Shown here piece after piece: positions 18,620-29,391 of a stretch of 64,000 nucleotides of DNA; the stretch's first letter is position 1; every line of letters begins with the position of its first letter. This stretch comes from Candidatus Omnitrophota bacterium (GTDB lineage Bacteria > Omnitrophota > Omnitrophia > Omnitrophales > Aquincolibacteriaceae), in NCBI GenBank assembly GCA_030698625.1, contig JAUYMS010000035.1:9950-73949 (forward strand). The letters run 5' to 3'. Under the pieces are notes generated by a model. The model saw only the letters and a program-made list of their open reading frames with translations, ran no database searches and was not told the origin of the DNA. The position numbers were made by a program, and so were the translations under genes.

Positions 18620-20742
18620 ATGCGCTTTAGCCATAAAATCTCGTTAGGGATTAGTTTGCTCGTGGTGGGTTTATTGGCCCTCATCATGATCGTGGGCAAC
18701 ATGGCCATTACGAGAGGCATCAAAAAGAATATCCACCGAGACCTCCTCGCCGCACAGCAGTCCTTCCAACAGTTTGAACAGCATCGCTTCCGCCAGCTTC
18801 TGATTCATAATGAGACCATGGTGGGGATCCCGCATCTCAAAGCCGTGGTGAGCACTGAGGGCATGGAGCCCCGCATGGTGCACAATTTTGCCGAGGAAAT
18901 TAGACGCACCATCGATAGCGACATCGTCATACTCACCGATGTTAAAGGAACTCTCCTGGCCAGTGTGAGTGAGCCTAATCGCTATGGAGAAGACATGTCC
19001 CAAGACCCTGCCGTCAAGATGCCGCTGGAAGGGAAAATGTACCAGGGCTTGTGGACAAGTGCCGGACAAATCTACCAAGTAGTCGGCAACCCGTTTCGCT
19101 TCGGGCCCGAAGTTGCGGGGGTTCTTCTTACGGGTTTTGCCGTGGACCGCGAGGTCATGGATACCATCGCGGGAATGACGGGTTGTGATGTGGCGATCGT
19201 CACCTCCGACCTGATTCAGGTCTCTGAAGGCTCGGGGAATACGTTGACGGCACTTCGTCCGGAACTCATGCAAATCGGAAAAGAATCACCGGGGCGCATT
19301 TTTACCAAAACGATTAACAACGAAACTTATCTCCTGATCTTAGGTCCCTTTGGCGCCAATGAGACTTTCTATGCCTTGGCCCGCTCTCTCGACCATGAAC
19401 TCCTTTTTTACCGCAAATTGCAGCAGCAAATTTTGCTGATGGCTTCCGGTATCTTGATCATCGCGCTCGTACTGGGTGTTCTTTATGCGCGAAGAATTGC
19501 GCGGCCGATTCAGGCACTTGTAAGCGGATCCCAGAAGATTGCTGATGGGGATTTGTCCGCTCGTGTGTATGTGAAGTCTAAAGGGGAGCTTGGTGACTTG
19601 GCTCAGGCTTTCAATACGATGGCGGAGTCGCTCAAGAAAACAGTCGTATCCAAAACCTATATCGATAATATCCTGCGAAGCATGCCCAACAGCGTGATCG
19701 TGGTGACGCGACAGGGAAACATTGAGACTGTCAACGATGCCACCTGCGCCCTTCTAGGGTATGCCAAAGAGGAGCTCTTCGGAAAACCGGCCAGTCTTTT
19801 CCTGGGGGAAGACCAGGCACTGTTGTTTGGTCTTGGCCTGGCGCCTGGACCCGGGAAGGACCACTCTCCGTCGGGCACTGAGGCGACATACTGGGGGAAG
19901 GGGGCGTGACAATCCCCGTATTCTTTTCGAGCTCTCCGATTCACGATCGAGAAGGAAAAGTTCAAGGCTATATCTATGTGGCCCAGGATCTCACCGAACG
20001 AAAGCTGCTTGAGGATCAATTGTTGCAAGCTCAGAAACTCGCTTCACTGGGGCGCTTTGTGGCGGGCCTTTCGCATGAGATCAATGCCTCACTCATTGTC
20101 ATTCTTCGGTACGCCCAGCAAATTTTGGAATCAGGAACCGATGGGGGGATTCGCCAGAAAACCGAGATAGTGGCAAAGAGGGCGGAGCACAGCCACAAGA
20201 TTATTCAGGATCTGCTGACATTTGTTCGGCCTCGCCAGAAGAGAGGGGAAATCCTTAACCCTTGTGATCTTGTCGACGAAATGCTCGAAGTGCTAAATCC
20301 CGATGTCGAGAAATTCAAGATAAAGATCGAAAGAGACTACCCGGATGTTCCGTCGAAGATTGACGGGGACGAAGACCTCTTGAGGGAAGTGTTTATGAAC
20401 CTCATGGTGAATGCCTTTCAAGCCCTGGAGTCAAATAAGGGTGAGCGGCGTTTCAAGGTAACCGCGTCCGTTGAGGGACAGAAGATGAGACTGTCCTTTG
20501 CCGATAACGGGCCGGGGATCGACAAAAAGGACCAAAGTAAGATCTTCGAGCCCTTTTTTACGACTAAAGAAGTCGGCGTCGGTACGGGATTAGGGCTGAG
20601 CCTGACCTACGGCATCATGAAGCAGCATGAAGGCGCGATCCAAGTTGAAAGCGAGCTCGGTCAAGGTACTGTTTTCCATCTCGATTTTCCTCGAGTGCCC
20701 AATGAATTGAAATCCGATCTCCGGACCGCCGAAAAGGCTTAA
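18620..20742 (+). pseudogene. Cache-HAMP-PAS-HisKA-HATPase sensor kinase split by a frameshift at ~19900-19906 (or a sequencing error)
   Basis: ORF 18620-19909 ends mid-PAS (TEATYWGKG); ORF 19906-20742 continues the PAC motif (TIPVFFSSSPI..QDLTERK) and kinase (SHEIN, DNGPGI, FEPFFTTK, GTGLGL). Confidence 0.8.
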
Positions 20743-20755
20743 TCGCTTGGCGGGA

Positions 20756-22195
20756 CTAGAGTTCCAGTCTGAGTGAAAATCCGCCATAAGGTCTTGTGTA
20801 CTCAAAAGAATTGTTTGCGGATTGCGCGCGTTCGTAAGTGAAAAATGCCCTCAATGTTAGATTTTCAAGAACATCCTTTTCGAGCGCAGCCGTTATGTCC
20901 CAGACATCGTCTTTGCGTGAGCCATCTTCAGTCGCTTTGAAATCAGGCCGTTCGTCATGCGAGTATTGCGTGCCCACTTCACTGCGGATGCCATAGGATA
21001 AAGGGAAATGGAAGGCCATACGGGCACCGTGGACATCACGCAGGAAGTTGTCGCCCTTGGGGTCGTCGTGACGGAAGGTGTATCCGAACGTCCAGCGCCA
21101 AGTTCTGGCACTATTGAGAAAGATCGTACTGATTAAGCCCGCGTTGTGGCTGTGTCCGTCGCGGCCAAAAGTCGTGGGGTCCGCAGAGTTATCATCGTAT
21201 TCGCTGTATGCGTAGGAGTAATAGGCCACGCTTTGCAGCCGCTCATGAGGTTCGAAAACCATGGTTGTCGACAAGGCATTGGTGAATACGAAAAACTTCC
21301 GGTCAAGTATCACGTGACTCAGACTTTCGTTAAAGAACAAGACGAGCGGTTTTCCGAACATTTCTCCCACCTGGGTTAATGAGAAACCGAACGTGTTGAT
21401 GAAGGTATTCAGATTGCGGAGTGAGTCATCATAAAGGTCCTGGGTGTAGGCGTAAGAAGCTTCAGCAGACAAACTTCCCCGGTTCCAGAAATTATAAGCT
21501 CCTTCAACCCGGGTTTCGTACATGCCAGAGTTTTTGTCCGCAGAATTGCTGAACGTCTTGGAGCGCGAGACAAAAGCCGCATTGCCGTGATACTGGTAGC
21601 CCAACTCCGCTTCAATTCGCCACCGCTTAAGCGGCTCAATTGCCGGAGGAAGAATCTCCGCCAGGGGCAGGGCCAAGAGTTCAAGCCGCGATTCGGCAGC
21701 TTGACCATAGTGCCCCCCTGAGTCATGTTCTATCACGTAGTTATATTGCGCTCTTGCTTCGACCAGTTTCCCCTGGACCACATTATTTTCTGCTAAATAA
21801 AAGTAAGCAGCCGTGTTAGCAGAGTCTATTTCCAGAGCTTTCATGAGCATCTCTTCGGCTTTCACATATTGGCCGAGTTTGTGATAAGCGATACCCTGAT
21901 AGCGGCGGATAATGGGTTCCCGGGGATAAAGTGCGGCAAGGCTTTCAAACGCCTTTATCGCTTTCTGGAATTTCCCGCCTTTGAACAATGCCGTTGCTTC
22001 ACTTTCAAGAATAGCCTGTCTAACGACTTCGGGATCCCGAGGGTGACCCTTGCGGGCATCGCCTACCTGGAGGGAAAGGCCAAAGGACGGAACGGCGTCG
22101 GAAGTTTCTTCTTCCCGGGCTGAGGCGGTCTTCTCGCATGCAGTTGAGAAGATCCCAAACGATAACGTAAAGATCAAATAAAAAAGTAGCCTCAT
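20756..22195 (-). CDS. TPR plus outer-membrane beta-barrel protein (DUF560/Slam-like), probable lipoprotein
   Basis: Lipobox-like 'FSTAC', N-terminal TPRs, C-terminal amphipathic aromatic beta-strands ending 'YGGFSLRLEL'. Confidence 0.7.
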   Translation of the reverse strand: MRLLFYLIFTLSFGIFSTACEKTASAREEETSDAVPSFGLSLQVGDARKGHPRDPEVVRQAILESEATALFKGGKFQKAIKAFESLAALYPREPIIRRYQGIAYHKLGQYVKAEEMLMKALEIDSANTAAYFYLAENNVVQGKLVEARAQYNYVIEHDSGGHYGQAAESRLELLALPLAEILPPAIEPLKRWRIEAELGYQYHGNAAFVSRSKTFSNSADKNSGMYETRVEGAYNFWNRGSLSAEASYAYTQDLYDDSLRNLNTFINTFGFSLTQVGEMFGKPLVLFFNESLSHVILDRKFFVFTNALSTTMVFEPHERLQSVAYYSYAYSEYDDNSADPTTFGRDGHSHNAGLISTIFLNSARTWRWTFGYTFRHDDPKGDNFLRDVHGARMAFHFPLSYGIRSEVGTQYSHDERPDFKATEDGSRKDDVWDITAALEKDVLENLTLRAFFTYERAQSANNSFEYTRPYGGFSLRLEL

Positions 22196-22446
22196 CCGCC
22201 GGTCGCGACATTTTCCGTGACTGCCCGCTGCAGATCACGGCGGATTTGAGATGTTTGTGTCTGTTTGAGAGCTGCAGATGTGTCCTCGGTATTTTCAGCC
22301 GCCGTTTGAAGACGCGGTTCTAACAAGCCCACAACTGAGTGGTCGTCTTTAGTACTTTGAGTGGTCGTTTGACAGGAAGATAGGCCTAAGAGACAACACA
22401 GGGTAAGCAGTATGAAAAGCGGTTGCTTGCGGTCCCTGTCGATCAT
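22192..22446 (-). CDS. Small lipoprotein
   Basis: Lipobox 'LGLSSC'; overlaps both neighbours by 4 bp. Confidence 0.6.
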   Translation of the reverse strand: MIDRDRKQPLFILLTLCCLLGLSSCQTTTQSTKDDHSVVGLLEPRLQTAAENTEDTSAALKQTQTSQIRRDLQRAVTENVATGG

Positions 22447-22814
22447 TTCTTATCGCCGAGGCACTCGCGGACACGTGCCATCAGATCTTCGGGGCCGAAG
22501 GGCTTTTCAAGGAATGCGTGAATCTTCCAGATGGAAAAGAATTTTTTAATGCTGGGCCTTGCCGATATGACGATGATGGGGACTTTGGCCATTTTGTCGG
22601 TCCGCTCCCGGAGCTTGTCGACCAGTTGATAACCCGTCATCTCCGGCATGAGGGCATCGACAATGATCAGGTCCGGTTGCTCGGAGGCCGCCATCTCATA
22701 GCCTTCCCTACCGTTTGATGCGATTACGACGGCGTATTTTTCGTGTGCGAGCCTTGATTCGAGCGCCTTTAATATATTAGGCTCATCATCAACGATAAGT
22801 ATTTTTTTTGGCAT
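22443..22814 (-). CDS. Single-domain response regulator (CheY-like)
   Basis: 'ILIVDDE', 'PDLIIVDALMPEMTG', 'ISA', 'KPF'. Confidence 0.92.
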   Translation of the reverse strand: MPKKILIVDDEPNILKALESRLAHEKYAVVIASNGREGYEMAASEQPDLIIVDALMPEMTGYQLVDKLRERTDKMAKVPIIVISARPSIKKFFSIWKIHAFLEKPFGPEDLMARVRECLGDKK

Positions 22815-22971
22815 GAGGCCCTCTTAAGTCGTTATTCGCAATCAGTTTACATACGTCCCGTGTGAAATTCAATTTGAAAGGACAATGTGCTTTTTCTTTG
22901 CCTTGTATCGGCAAAAAAGGTAACCTTGTGAACTCAGAGCATTCTAAACAGGGTTCACTCGGAGGGGCTCC

Positions 22972-23799
22972 ATGAAAACGTTGACGGATCTGCTTGAGTG
23001 GCTGTGGAACGATTATGCGGCGATGAATTCTCAGGCCGGCGCCATTCACCGCGCTTTGGAAGCACGGGGTGAAAAGGTGATCAATGATCACGTCGCTTTC
23101 CGCACCTTTGACCTCCCTGAAGTCCGCATCGAAGCTCTCGCCGCGCCGTTCCTGAGATGCGGTTACGAATTGCGGGGCGGGCCGTATCTGTTCAAAGAGA
23201 AAAAACTATTCGCTCGTCACTATGCGCATCCCGATACAAATAAGCCCAAGATTTTCATTAGCGCCCTGAAAGTCGGAGAGTTCTCGAATGAGCTGCAACG
23301 GATTGTGCGGGACCTTGTGACACAATTACCGGCGGGATTTAGCGACGGGGATGATTTTCTTATCGCCGGCGCTCCGTGGCAGCCCGTATCTTGGGACACG
23401 TATTCAAAACTGTTGGCCGAAAGCGAATATGCCGCGTGGATGGCGGCGTTTGGTTTTCGGGTTAATCACTTTACCGTATTCTTTAATGCCCTCACGACCT
23501 TCAAAACCTTACCCGAATTGAACACGTTCATCAAAGGACTCGGGTATGCATTGAATGCATCCGGCGGGGAGATAAAAGGCTCTCCGGAAGTTTTCCTTGA
23601 ACAGTCTTCGACCTTGGCGCATTCGGTAGTGACGGAATTTAGCGACAGGACGGAAACGATTCCGGGTTGTTATTATGAATTTGCCAAGCGATACGTCCTC
23701 TCCGACGGAAAGCTCTTTCAAGGCTTTGTCGCAGAATCTGCCGATAAAATCTTCGAAAGTACCGATTCCCTTGGTTCCAAAGACAAAGATCAAAAGTGA
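22972..23799 (+). CDS. DUF1338 family (2-oxoadipate dioxygenase/decarboxylase HglS-like)
   Basis: 'NDHVAFRT', 'PKIFIS', 'ESEYAAW', 'NHFTV', 'LEQSST', 'YYEFA.R', 'ADKIFEST'. Confidence 0.88.
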   Translation: MKTLTDLLEWLWNDYAAMNSQAGAIHRALEARGEKVINDHVAFRTFDLPEVRIEALAAPFLRCGYELRGGPYLFKEKKLFARHYAHPDTNKPKIFISALKVGEFSNELQRIVRDLVTQLPAGFSDGDDFLIAGAPWQPVSWDTYSKLLAESEYAAWMAAFGFRVNHFTVFFNALTTFKTLPELNTFIKGLGYALNASGGEIKGSPEVFLEQSSTLAHSVVTEFSDRTETIPGCYYEFAKRYVLSDGKLFQGFVAESADKIFESTDSLGSKDKDQK

Positions 23800-24410
23800 A
23801 AGCGGTTTTCCTTTTACTGGCTGTCTTCTTATCGATAGGTGCTGACTACAAGCGCTATGGTATCGAGTCCGGTATCTTTGAATACCGGGTGGACGGTCAG
23901 ATGACGGGGACGGAGACGCTTTACTTCGACGAGTGGGGCGCGCGGGAAGCACGATACAGCGACCTCGTGGCGGAAGTTGAAGGCAATGAGCTGCCGTCCA
24001 GGACGCTTCAATTACGGCAAGGCGGGCTTTTTTTTCTGATTGACCTCACCACGAAGACTGGGGTGGTATATAAGGACATGGGATTAGATATGGCTCTGGA
24101 GGAAGCGGGCACTGAGGTGGATCAAGTCGCAGAAATCATGTTGCGCAAAGAAGGTGCCCGTCGCGCCGGCGAGGGGGAATTCGCGGGGAAGGTTTGTGAA
24201 GTCTGGGAGATTCCTTTAAAAGGCAAGGGTATGTGCTTGTGGAAGATGATCCCCTTGGAAAGTTACATGGAAACCCGGGGCATTCGACTCACCTCTGTGG
24301 TCACACACATTCAGGAGAATGTCCCGATTCCTGAAGAGAGATTTGGAATTCCCGCCGATATCAAGATCGAAAAGGCTCGAAAAACGGGCCCATCCCAAGC
24401 CCCTATGTAA
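23796..24410 (+). CDS. Secreted hypothetical protein (DUF4412-like)
   Basis: Signal peptide; 'KRY..ESG...Y..G...G.ETLYFD.WG', 'AGKVCEVW', 'F.IP'. Confidence 0.6.
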   Translation: MKAVFLLLAVFLSIGADYKRYGIESGIFEYRVDGQMTGTETLYFDEWGAREARYSDLVAEVEGNELPSRTLQLRQGGLFFLIDLTTKTGVVYKDMGLDMALEEAGTEVDQVAEIMLRKEGARRAGEGEFAGKVCEVWEIPLKGKGMCLWKMIPLESYMETRGIRLTSVVTHIQENVPIPEERFGIPADIKIEKARKTGPSQAPM

Positions 24411-24455
24411 ATTGGCCAGGCGCACGCTGTTTCCCATGATGGCAGTGCCCTACTG

Positions 24456-26264
24456 CTAGGCTTCCTGCAGGAAATTACGCAGATGTTGTACTCGCCCGTC
24501 CCTTGGGTGAAGTTTCTGAAACGTTTCGAAGGCGCCGGCGGCCTTTTCCGGATTCCCCATCTCCTTGTAGGTCACGATCAGGTCATGCAAGGCATCCGGA
24601 TCTCCTGAATCGATTCTCAAAGCCTCAAGAAACTCGGCTTCTGCTTCCGCCATGCGCCCCAGTTCCCCGTAGACATAGCCAAGCGTTTTTCGCGCGAAAA
24701 GATTGTCGGGATCTCCTTCCACGGCTTCCGCGAGACTTCGGATCGCAAGCTCATGTTTGCCGAGCCGGTGATAGGTTTGGCCGAGACTCGCGCGAAGCGT
24801 CCAATTCTCGGGAAACTTGGCGATGCCCCTTTGATAGGTCTCGACGGCTTCATCTCCTTTGCCGAGAAGCATGCGGGCCTCTCCTAGCCCTGAAAAAATG
24901 TAGGCGTCTTCGCGAACCGCAGCCGCCTTTTCAAAAAGCTTTTCGGCTTGCTCATAGAGCCCTTTGTTCAAGTAGACGATTCCGAGATTATGAAGGGGGA
25001 GCACATTCTCGGGCGGGGCATATCGCGCGGCATTGACCCAGAGATACTCGGAGTCGGACCACACCTTTTGCTGCTTGATATTGAGAAACGCGTAGGCCGA
25101 AGTAAGCAGAATGCAGACCATGATAACCATATCCCCGCCTGTGAAGCGGCGCAGCACCGTTAGCAGCGGAACATAAACGCCGATTACCGCCAGGTAGAGC
25201 CAGCGGTCCTGAATGAGGGCCTCTTGCGGGATAATGTTCAGCATAGGCAGGAGAATGATCAGGCTCCACGAGAACCAAAAGAAAACCGGTTTGTGGATCT
25301 TCCACGACAGGATATATAGAGCCGCGATGGTCAAAAGAATAAAGCCCGAAATGAGGACCTGAGGATCTTTCCAGGTGGCATATATCGGAAAGTGATACCA
25401 GACGGTCAAATTCATCGGGGCGAAGAGAAGTTGCAGATACCGCACAGATGCCACTGTCATAGCGTACAGGTTGGAGAGGAAAGACCCGCCGTGAAACGAC
25501 AGAAGCCCTATGCTTTTCAAATTGACGGTGGCCAGAATCGAAAAGACGAGAGCCACGCCGAAAAGCGGCAGATACAAACGCCAGTCCCTTTTCTTCAGGT
25601 GTCCGAAAGCATAATCGTAGCAGAGGAGAACCGCCGGCAGTACCACGGCGGACGATTTGGAGAAGCAAGCAAGTCCATATAAACCGAAAACGGCAAATCC
25701 CGAACCTGACGAATACGACGTCTTAGCGCGCGCGCGGATGTGAAGCAGCAATGCCCACAAAAACCAAAAACCGAAGAGAAGATTTTTTCTCTGCGAAATC
25801 CACACCACTGACTCCACCTGTACGGGATGGACTCCGAAGATCAGGGTTACGCTTAGCGCCATTAGCCAGTCGCGGGTGATATGCCAGATAATGAGGTAGA
25901 CGAGGACGCAGTTGGCGACATGAAGGAGGAGATTCGTGAGGTGATAGCCGCCGGCATCAAAATGGAAAATCTGATAATCAAGCGCGAAGGACAGCATGGT
26001 GAGGGGGGCGTAAATGCCCACATAGGGCTTGCGAAACATATCGATCACATTCTCGAAAGAAAAGCTCCGGACCACCGGATTTCGGACTACGTAATCGGGA
26101 TCATCCCAATTTACGAATGGGAAGGAGAGCGTGCCGAAATAGACCCAGAAGATGCAGAGAACGGCGGGAATGAGAAGCGCCAGGTGAAAGCGCCAGCGTG
26201 TCTTGTCGGAAATAAGGTCTGTGAGCCATTGCTTAGGAGCTATGAGTAGATTGTCCTGTGACAT
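24456..26264 (-). CDS. TMTC-like GT-C membrane protein with C-terminal TPRs
   Basis: 'FVNWDDPDYV..NP', 'YAPLT', 'YHLTNLLLH', 'HPVQVESVVW', 'DRWLYL', TPRs; start placed at ATG 26264 after TATAAT. Confidence 0.85.
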   Translation of the reverse strand: MSQDNLLIAPKQWLTDLISDKTRWRFHLALLIPAVLCIFWVYFGTLSFPFVNWDDPDYVVRNPVVRSFSFENVIDMFRKPYVGIYAPLTMLSFALDYQIFHFDAGGYHLTNLLLHVANCVLVYLIIWHITRDWLMALSVTLIFGVHPVQVESVVWISQRKNLLFGFWFLWALLLHIRARAKTSYSSGSGFAVFGLYGLACFSKSSAVVLPAVLLCYDYAFGHLKKRDWRLYLPLFGVALVFSILATVNLKSIGLLSFHGGSFLSNLYAMTVASVRYLQLLFAPMNLTVWYHFPIYATWKDPQVLISGFILLTIAALYILSWKIHKPVFFWFSWSLIILLPMLNIIPQEALIQDRWLYLAVIGVYVPLLTVLRRFTGGDMVIMVCILLTSAYAFLNIKQQKVWSDSEYLWVNAARYAPPENVLPLHNLGIVYLNKGLYEQAEKLFEKAAAVREDAYIFSGLGEARMLLGKGDEAVETYQRGIAKFPENWTLRASLGQTYHRLGKHELAIRSLAEAVEGDPDNLFARKTLGYVYGELGRMAEAEAEFLEALRIDSGDPDALHDLIVTYKEMGNPEKAAGAFETFQKLHPRDGRVQHLRNFLQEA

Positions 26265-26334
26265 TGACGTATTATAATGTCGCAAACGCCAGTGGGCAAC
26301 CCGTGGTTGGGAGGTATTCTGTGGTTCGAGATCG

Positions 26335-26563
26335 ATGTCAGACGTGATGAACCAAAGCACTTTCAAGGAGTTCGTCCTCGACCAGTTGCCGAATGCCGGA
26401 TCGATCGATTGTAAGGCCATGTTTGGGGGCTTTGGGCTTTACCGGAACGGTATTTTTTTTGCCATTATTGCCCGCGAACGGTTGTATTTTAAAACCGATG
26501 TCACGAGCCGCACAAAATATACGGATGCCGGCATGGGCCGAGGAAGCCGCGCTCGTTAAGTAA
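26335..26563 (+). pseudogene. TfoX/Sxy N-domain gene with an internal deletion and frameshift
   Basis: 'FVLDQL..KAMFGGFGLY..FFAII..LYFK..GMG' then a premature stop; the C-terminal 'WAEEAALVK*' survives in another frame. Confidence 0.75.
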
Positions 26564-26578
26564 GTTCAGGAGGATTGA

Positions 26579-27844
26579 TTGAACCCCAAGAATGGATGGA
26601 TCGTCGCTGTTTGCCGTGAGCCCTACCGGATCTTTTTCCCGATAGGCGTTCTGATCGGCATTTTTGGAGCCGGGCACTGGCTTGTCTACGGACTCGGATG
26701 GGCTGAGGCGTATTCCGGCATTTGGCACAGCCGTTTGCAGATGCAGGGCTATATGGGTTCCGTCATTGTCGGATTTCTCCTGACGGCTTTGCCTCGGTTT
26801 TCGGGTAAGCCTCATGCCTCGCCCATCGAGTTGATCGTCTTTCTCGCCGCCATGGGCGGTGTATTCGGTTTTCGCCTGGCAAATCGGCCGGCTCCGGCCG
26901 ATTTGAGCTTTGCGGTGCTCCTCTGTGCATTTGCGGTTTTCATGGTGCGACGGTTATTTATGCCGAGTCGCTCATCGAATCCGGTGAGTCCGCCGGTCGG
27001 TTTCATCTGGGTCCCGATCGCCGGTGCTTTCGGTCTTTTGGGGTCGTTTTTGCTTTATGCGCCGCGTTTTCTACCGATTTCCGCCTCCTGGGCGAATACC
27101 GGACGAGGCATGCTTGAACAGGGTTTCATTTTCAGCATTGTTGTCGGCGTCGGAGGATTTCTGGCCCCGCGTCTCATGGGCCGTTCGGAAGTGGTACAAC
27201 GCGCCGACGTTGGAAAACCTCATGTGGCGGTTCTCAGACGGAAAAGGCAAATCCGCATTGCTTTCGCCGGAGGGGGCGTGCTGCTCCTGAGCTTTCTTCT
27301 GGAGGGGGTTTTAGGAACCTCAATCGCGTACAGTGTCCGTGCACTCCTCGTGACATTCTTTTTTTATCAAAACCGCGCCTGGCCGTTTCCGCCCAAAATA
27401 CAGGATGACCCGATTCGATTACTATGGTTTTCGATATGGTTCATGGTCATCGGATACTGGATGATTGCCTTAGTTCCCGATTTGCGTAAGGCCGCGTTGC
27501 ATCTTGTATTTCTCGGGGGCTACAGCCTTATGACATTTGCGGTGGCGACAGTGGTGGTCCTTAGCCATTCGGGAAAACCTGAGGTTCTCCGGAAACCGAT
27601 TAGGGCACTGCGTGTGGTCGGGGTGGGAATGATTGCAGCTGTTTTCTTGCGTTTGGCTGCCGTCTTTTTTCCGGCTTCGTATTTTCAGTGGCTTGCCGGA
27701 GCGGCCGGTCTTTGGATTCTCTGCGCGTTTGTCTGGCTCGTTTTTGCCGGCCCCTGGTTAGTGATGGTTCCGAATGCGGATGCGTTCGAAAAGGGCCACG
27801 AAGAAGCCAAGAGTCGAATTCCTCCGTTTAGTCGGACCCTTTGA
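26579..27844 (+). CDS. nnrS: NnrS-family membrane protein
   Basis: 'EPYRIFFP', 'WH', 'GFLLTALPRF', 'LHL.FLGG', 'LSHSG'; AGGAGG RBS with TTG start. Confidence 0.85.
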   Translation: MNPKNGWIVAVCREPYRIFFPIGVLIGIFGAGHWLVYGLGWAEAYSGIWHSRLQMQGYMGSVIVGFLLTALPRFSGKPHASPIELIVFLAAMGGVFGFRLANRPAPADLSFAVLLCAFAVFMVRRLFMPSRSSNPVSPPVGFIWVPIAGAFGLLGSFLLYAPRFLPISASWANTGRGMLEQGFIFSIVVGVGGFLAPRLMGRSEVVQRADVGKPHVAVLRRKRQIRIAFAGGGVLLLSFLLEGVLGTSIAYSVRALLVTFFFYQNRAWPFPPKIQDDPIRLLWFSIWFMVIGYWMIALVPDLRKAALHLVFLGGYSLMTFAVATVVVLSHSGKPEVLRKPIRALRVVGVGMIAAVFLRLAAVFFPASYFQWLAGAAGLWILCAFVWLVFAGPWLVMVPNADAFEKGHEEAKSRIPPFSRTL

Positions 27845-27880
27845 GCTATACCATTGGAGCGTCAGAGGGTAAAATACGGG

Positions 27881-29167
27881 ATGATTCAGACAAAGACGAT
27901 GGCACTAAATTCGGAATCGCAGAAGTTTATAGAACGTGTGGCAGGGGACTACCGGTTTACTTACCAGGAATCGCGGCAGCTTGAAATCGCTGCCCGGGAT
28001 ATGGAGATGTGGCAGGAGGGCTCGCTGGAAGTTCTCTGGCTCAGGATTGAGGCGGAGGCTCCACTGAGGCTCAAGGGACCGCAGCGCAAAAAACATCTGC
28101 TTAAAAAGCTTCGTGAGTCTCTTCGCTCGCGGCAAGTGAAGCCGACCGATTATTCGGGCGAACCGCTGCCTCAGCCGAACCGGAATTCCTTAAAAGTCAC
28201 AGTCAAGACTTCGGATAAGAAGATCTTCGGGGATTGTCCCGTAGCGTCTCCGAAAACGGTCTGTTGTAATCTGAGAACCATCGATGCGGTTGAGAATTGC
28301 GCCTTCGGCTGTAGCTATTGCACGGTGCAGACTTTCTACGGGGATGAAGCCGCGTTTGATGACAGCCTGGGTGAAAAACTCAAGGGTATAGAGCTCGAAC
28401 CCGAGCGGTTCTACCACTTTGGTACCGGTCAGTCATCGGATTCTCTCGTGTGGGGTAATCGCAACGGGATTCTCGATGCTCTCTGTAATTTCGCCCGCAA
28501 GAATCCAAATATCCTCCTCGAGTTTAAGACGAAGTCGGATAATGTAGCTTACTTTATGGAACATGAGCTGCCGCGTAATATCGTGTGCAGCTGGTCGCTT
28601 AATGCCGAAGAAGTGATCATTAATGAAGAGCATTTTACGGCCGGACTGGAACGACGAATTGCCGCGGCAAGAAAAGTCGCCGACAGAGGCATTCGAGTCG
28701 CTTTTCACTTTCATCCAATGGTTTACCATCAAGGTTGGGATAAAGCTTATCCGGAGCTTGCCCGACGAGTCCAGGAACAATTCCGTCCGGAAGAAGTCCT
28801 TTTTATATCCTATGGGTCCGTCACGTTTATTAAACCGGTCGTTCAAGCGATCAGAAAGCGCGGCGAGAAAACCAAGATCCTGCAAATGGAGATGGTTCCT
28901 GACCCTCATGGCAAGCTGACTTATCCTGACCCCGTAAAATTTGAAATGTTTCGTACCATGCACAAGGCGTTTGCGCCGTGGCATGATGGTGTCTTTTTTT
29001 ATTTGTGTATGGAGCGCGCAGAGATCTGGGACGGCGTGTTTGGCTGGCACTACAAAACCAATGAGATCTTTGAAACCGAATTCGGCAAAAGTGTCATGAA
29101 AAAGCTTGGGGTAAAACATGGAGACTCTCGAGCTAAGCAGCGGGGGCTATCGATAGACGGGAATTAG
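27881..29167 (+). CDS. Radical SAM protein, spore-photoproduct-lyase family
   Basis: 'NCAFGCSYC' CxxxCxxC, 'GTGQSSDSL', 'LEFKTKS', 'SWSLN', 'FHFHP', 'YLCME'. Confidence 0.88.
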   Translation: MIQTKTMALNSESQKFIERVAGDYRFTYQESRQLEIAARDMEMWQEGSLEVLWLRIEAEAPLRLKGPQRKKHLLKKLRESLRSRQVKPTDYSGEPLPQPNRNSLKVTVKTSDKKIFGDCPVASPKTVCCNLRTIDAVENCAFGCSYCTVQTFYGDEAAFDDSLGEKLKGIELEPERFYHFGTGQSSDSLVWGNRNGILDALCNFARKNPNILLEFKTKSDNVAYFMEHELPRNIVCSWSLNAEEVIINEEHFTAGLERRIAAARKVADRGIRVAFHFHPMVYHQGWDKAYPELARRVQEQFRPEEVLFISYGSVTFIKPVVQAIRKRGEKTKILQMEMVPDPHGKLTYPDPVKFEMFRTMHKAFAPWHDGVFFYLCMERAEIWDGVFGWHYKTNEIFETEFGKSVMKKLGVKHGDSRAKQRGLSIDGN

Positions 29168-29374
29168 TTCGACATCTTGTTCACTTCTTTCCATATGGTA
29201 ACACCTAAAAGTCATTAAAATTCACCGTATCGTCGTTTTATATAGACAAAGATGTCCATAATAATAGACTCGCCCGAATCAAAACTATAATAGCTAACGC
29301 GATTAGATTGCCCTCCGAATAGCACCTCGCGTCAATTTGCAATATGTCCAGGGGATGCTGAATTCTCTCAAGAT

Positions 29375-29391
29375 TTGGCATGAGCTTTGCA
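29375..29391 (+). promoter_or_regulatory. Sigma54 (-24/-12) promoter of the EPS operon
   Basis: TTGGCATGAGCTTTGCA = TGGCA..TTGCA with exact GG-N10-GC spacing, ~75 bp upstream of the first EPS gene. Confidence 0.7.

Noticed and set aside
17888-18634. 248-aa minus-strand ORF
   Set aside because: Antisense shadow of the plus-strand gene, which has an RBS and signal peptide
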